From Candidatus Poribacteria bacterium (GTDB lineage Bacteria > Poribacteria > WGA-4E > PCPOR2b): DNA of 64,000 nucleotides. The DNA is taken from assembly GCA_965198175.1 (NCBI GenBank), contig OZ240245.1, forward strand, positions 3,163,030 to 3,227,029, read 5' to 3'. Position 1 is the stretch's first letter; every line of letters begins with the position of its first letter. The notes under the pieces were generated by a model. That model searched no databases. It saw only the letters and a list, made by a program, of their open reading frames with translations, and was not told the origin of the DNA. Positions 60,971 to 64,000 of this stretch are shown piece after piece. The position numbers and the translations under genes are program-made.

Positions 60971-61651
60971 TTAGAGCAATTTTATTAACTCCGAAAGGGT
61001 GACGATTCTGGTACCAGCGTGCTCGCTGTATCTATTTCCTCGATCAATCAGAACCGCCTGAATCCCCGCCTGTTCCGCACCGTCAATGTCATTTTCAATT
61101 GAGTCACCGACCATCAATACGTCGGAGGCGGCAGCGTCAAGATCTCGCAAAACATACTCAAATGCTTTTCGGTTGGGCTTGGAGAAACCAATCTCCTCGC
61201 CAATATAGATTCTTTGAATATATCGGGACAATGCTAGAGCTGTGAATTTGGCTCTTTGACCATCGGACGGACCATTCGTAAGAATAGCGGCTTTGATGGC
61301 TTTCGCTTGTAGAACCTTCATCAGTGGTATTGTATCGCAAAATAGCTCCATTTTATGATTGGTTTCCTGCATGTAGATATGATTTAATTCAGAGGATATT
61401 TCGAGAGATGTTGCGTGGGCACCCTTCAAGACATCGGCAAACCGACGAATTCTATATTCCTCTCTGGCAATAGACCTATCGGCAAACTGGCGAAATAACA
61501 TAGGTTCTACGAGGTTGAAATGATCCCAAAATGGATCTATATCTATTCCAAGCGTTTTCAAGATTATGTTAATATGAGATTTTGCGTTTTCCTTGGCTTT
61601 CTGATAATCGCAAAGCGTATCATCTAAATCGAAAATTATGTGTTTAATCAT
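60971..61651 (-). CDS. HAD-superfamily hydrolase (copy 1)
   Basis: Motif I FDLDDTL at residues 7-13, motif III/IV ...VGDSIENDIDGA. Confidence 0.8.
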   Translation of the reverse strand: MIKHIIFDLDDTLCDYQKAKENAKSHINIILKTLGIDIDPFWDHFNLVEPMLFRQFADRSIAREEYRIRRFADVLKGAHATSLEISSELNHIYMQETNHKMELFCDTIPLMKVLQAKAIKAAILTNGPSDGQRAKFTALALSRYIQRIYIGEEIGFSKPNRKAFEYVLRDLDAAASDVLMVGDSIENDIDGAEQAGIQAVLIDRGNRYSEHAGTRIVTLSELIKLL

Positions 61652-61659
61652 GATGGATA

Positions 61660-62410
61660 ATGAAATTTAAACAAGCGAACTATGACATTCGGTGTGAATG
61701 GGGGGTACAAGGTGTCCTTGAGCTCTCCCGTACAAGCGACGTGGTCATCATTGTTGATGTTCTGTCCTTCTCTACCTGCGTCGATATTGCAACCGATAGA
61801 GATTCAACCGTCTTTCCCTATCTGTGGAAAGACGACCGCGCCCACGAATTTGCCATAGGTGTTGATGCGGAGTTAGCGGCACCGCGCGATGCGGGTCGTT
61901 TTTCCTTGTCTCCCACGTCGTTCGTCGACATTCCTCGACATTCCTCCGGGCGCCACGATTGTACTCCCTTCTCCAAATGGCGCTTCACTGAGCCTTGCCA
62001 CGGGGAACACAACTACACTTACGGGTTGTTTGAGAAATGCCTCAGCGGTTGCTAAAGCCGCGCTTCGGTTGGGGAAACGTATATCTGTCATCCCTGCTGG
62101 AGAGCGTTGGGCGGACAATAGCCTGCGTCCGAGTCTTGAGGACTGGCTCGGAGCAGGGGCTATTATCAATCAATTGAGAGGATCATTATCGCCCGAAGCT
62201 CAGGCGGCTGTGCACGTATACCGGGCAACGAGTGCTGATTTAACGCAAACGATTCGGAATTGCGGCTCTGGCGCGGAACTCATTGAAAGGGGATACGAGA
62301 CGGACGTGGCACTCGCGTCAGAGTTGGATGTGAGTTGTTGCGTTCCCGTACTCAGTGACAAAGCCTATATCAACTCGGCGAGATTGGAGCCTCATGTCTT
62401 AGGTGATTAG
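61660..62410 (+). pseudogene. ComB (2-phosphosulfolactate phosphatase)-family protein broken by a 10-bp tandem duplication (CGACATTCCT x2 at 61926-61945)
   Basis: DVVIIVDVLSFSTCV N-terminal motif. Removing one 10-bp copy joins ...SFVDIP to PGATIVLPSPNGASL in frame. Confidence 0.7.
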
Positions 62411-62462
62411 CCGCGTTTATCATGTGGTCGAAAATCTCGTTATTGCCTGCCGATCTGCGCTC

Positions 62463-62981
62463 TTAAACGAGTGGGGGTTCAAACCCCGGTGAATCCTGCG
62501 TCAGGTCTTCAACGCTTTCGGAGGTCCCCTGCATTCCCCTGCGAACTCTGAAGTTTAATTCCCACAACGCGCATTTGTTGCTATCCCAATGCAGGATTTC
62601 CATAGCATGACCATAACTCAGCCATTTATACTCCGTATGTTCATAGGATAGTTGTAACTGTTCCGCTTCGACTTTGACGGCAAAGCAGTATTCGGGAATG
62701 ACCAAGACATCGCTGCCCCATCTGAATCCGCAAACGTTTACGACGGGAATCATTGCGAACGAATCAAGTTCCATGTATTCATTGCTTGGATCGATGCCAG
62801 CTTCTTCAAGGGTCTCCCGCTTTGCGGCTTCCAATGGAGATTCACTGTTATCTCCTCCTCCCGCAATTCCCTGCCAATAGCTGCCTGTTGAGGGTTCGCG
62901 CTTGAAAAGCGCGTAAAGAATCACGCTATCCGATGTGATTCTATAAGGAAGCGCTAATACCTGAAAAGGCGCACGACTCAT
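62463..62981 (-). CDS. NUDIX hydrolase
   Basis: Nudix box GGGDNSESPLEAAKRETLEEAGI. Confidence 0.8.
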   Translation of the reverse strand: MSRAPFQVLALPYRITSDSVILYALFKREPSTGSYWQGIAGGGDNSESPLEAAKRETLEEAGIDPSNEYMELDSFAMIPVVNVCGFRWGSDVLVIPEYCFAVKVEAEQLQLSYEHTEYKWLSYGHAMEILHWDSNKCALWELNFRVRRGMQGTSESVEDLTQDSPGFEPPLV

Positions 62982-63119
62982 ACTTTTTCTCCAAGTTTTG
63001 TGAGATATTGAATTGTTTAACGTGATGGCTTAAGCGCTTTACTATCTTCCCACAGATTAACATCTCCATGGGTCAAGGCATATGGATTTGGCTATTCACG
63101 TTATTAGACATCACATGCT

Positions 63120-63240
63120 GCTCCGCTGGAGCAGAAGGCTGGAATCGGCTTACTCTATAGACATTGCACTCCGCTGGAGCGCAAGACATTGTTAGCTATG
63201 TGGGCGTAATGCGGTAAGAAGGGCTTCGCTCCAGCGGAGC
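63120..63240. repeat. Three copies of the mini-hairpin motif GCTCC-gct-GGAGC (the third copy inverted) in the NUDIX/HAD intergenic region
   Basis: 63120-63132, 63169-63180 and 63228-63240. Confidence 0.6.
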
Positions 63241-63257
63241 GGTATGTTACTCCGTTT

Positions 63258-63938
63258 TCATAGCAATTCGATTACCTCCGTAAGGGAGACGATTCTGGTA
63301 CGAGTGTAATCACTGTATCTATTTGCTCGATCAATCAGAACTGCCTGAATCCCCGCCTGTTCCGCTCCGTCAATGTCATTTTCGATTGAGTCACCCACCA
63401 TCAACACGTCGGAGGCGGCAGCGTTAAGATCTTGTGAAACGAGCTCAAATGCTTCTCGGTTAGGCTTGGAGAAACCAATCTCCTCGCTAATATAGATTCT
63501 TTGAATATACCGGGACAATCCAAGATTTTTGAATTTGGCTCTTTGACTATCGGACGGACCATTCGTTAGAATAACGGCTACGATGTTTTTCGCTCGTAAT
63601 ACTTTCATCAGTGGTATTGTATCCTCGAATAGCTCTATCTTGTGAGTGGTTTCCTGAATGTAAATATGATTTAATTCCGATGTTAGTTCGCGAAACTTCT
63701 CGTGGGAGCCTTGCAAGACATCGGCAAACCGGCGAATTCTATATTCGTCTCTGGTAATAGACCTGTCGGCAAACTGGCGGAATAACACAGGTGCTACTCG
63801 GTTGAAACGATTCCAAAATGCGTCTATGTCTATTGTAAGCGTTTTCAAGACCTCATTAATATGAGACTTTGCGTTTTCTTCGGCTTTCTGATAATCGTAA
63901 AGCGTATCATCCGCATCGAAAATTATGTGTTTAATCAT
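63258..63938 (-). CDS. HAD-superfamily hydrolase (copy 2; about 88% nucleotide identity to 60971-61651). An alternative in-frame ATG lies at 63947.
   Basis: MIKHIIFDADDTLYDY... aligns to copy 1 throughout. Confidence 0.8.
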   Translation of the reverse strand: MIKHIIFDADDTLYDYQKAEENAKSHINEVLKTLTIDIDAFWNRFNRVAPVLFRQFADRSITRDEYRIRRFADVLQGSHEKFRELTSELNHIYIQETTHKIELFEDTIPLMKVLRAKNIVAVILTNGPSDSQRAKFKNLGLSRYIQRIYISEEIGFSKPNREAFELVSQDLNAAASDVLMVGDSIENDIDGAEQAGIQAVLIDRANRYSDYTRTRIVSLTEVIELL

Positions 63939-63947
63939 AACGGTCAA

Positions 63948-64000
63948 TGAAACCGCAGCAAGCGAACTATGACATTCGGTGTGAATGGGGGGGTGTCCTT
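63948..64000 (+). CDS. 5' end of a second ComB-family gene (continues past the window edge)
   Basis: MKPQQANYDIRCEWGG... parallels MKFKQANYDIRCEWGV of 61660. Confidence 0.5.

Noticed and set aside
62474-62490. tRNA-like T-arm motif GGGGGTTCAAACCCC
   Set aside because: Lies inside the NUDIX coding sequence, with no acceptor or anticodon arms.
63120-63240. CRISPR array
   Set aside because: Only three 13-bp motifs, one inverted, with unequal spacers. Far too short and irregular. No cas genes.

Overview
This 64-kb window is a bacterial chromosome segment of about 50% GC, probably from an uncultivated lineage. I found no rRNA, tRNA or CRISPR array by eye.

Gene order, left to right:
- 1-23 kb: an IlvD/EDD-family dehydratase running off the window edge; a sulfotransferase, PhyH-like dioxygenase, DUF1080-like secreted protein and 646-aa membrane protein neighbourhood; a CCA-adding enzyme; a nucleotidyltransferase; a Rieske-FMN glutamate-synthase-domain fusion protein; secreted MsrB; MutY; a frameshifted TPR gene; two ABC exporter loci; ComM/YifB.
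- 23-41 kb: housekeeping genes on the + strand: rpsF-ssb-rpsR-rplI-dnaB, mlaE-mlaF-mlaD-like, radA-yacL-ispD-ispF-cysS, two tandem paralogous discoidin-like lipoproteins, dprA, accA, and a DUF4159-like membrane protein.
- 41-47 kb: a pho-type sensor kinase / response regulator pair reduced to a nonsense-containing, internally deleted relic, convergent with an apparently intact pstS-pstC-pstA-pstB-phoU operon that still carries Pho-box-like repeats.
- 48-60 kb: a decayed defence/mobile island. It holds an intact-looking dndC translationally coupled to a 77-codon stub of dndD, a convergent HNH endonuclease, and an IS with 17-bp terminal inverted repeats whose transposase is split by a 24-bp perfect palindrome carrying TGA. 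It also holds a cluster of small ORFs sharing a leader motif, IS3 and IS5 remnants, an orphan HsdR_N-N6-adenine methyltransferase, and decayed lipoprotein paralogs.
- 60-64 kb: a segmentally duplicated head-to-head HAD-hydrolase / ComB-like pair, with one ComB copy broken by a 10-bp tandem duplication, flanking a NUDIX gene.

The recurring theme is gene decay through nonsense codons, frameshifts and deletions next to intact housekeeping operons. No complete novel multi-gene system could be demonstrated. The best leads are the Dnd remnant island, the small-ORF cassette cluster, the palindrome-interrupted transposase and the Rieske-GltS fusion.
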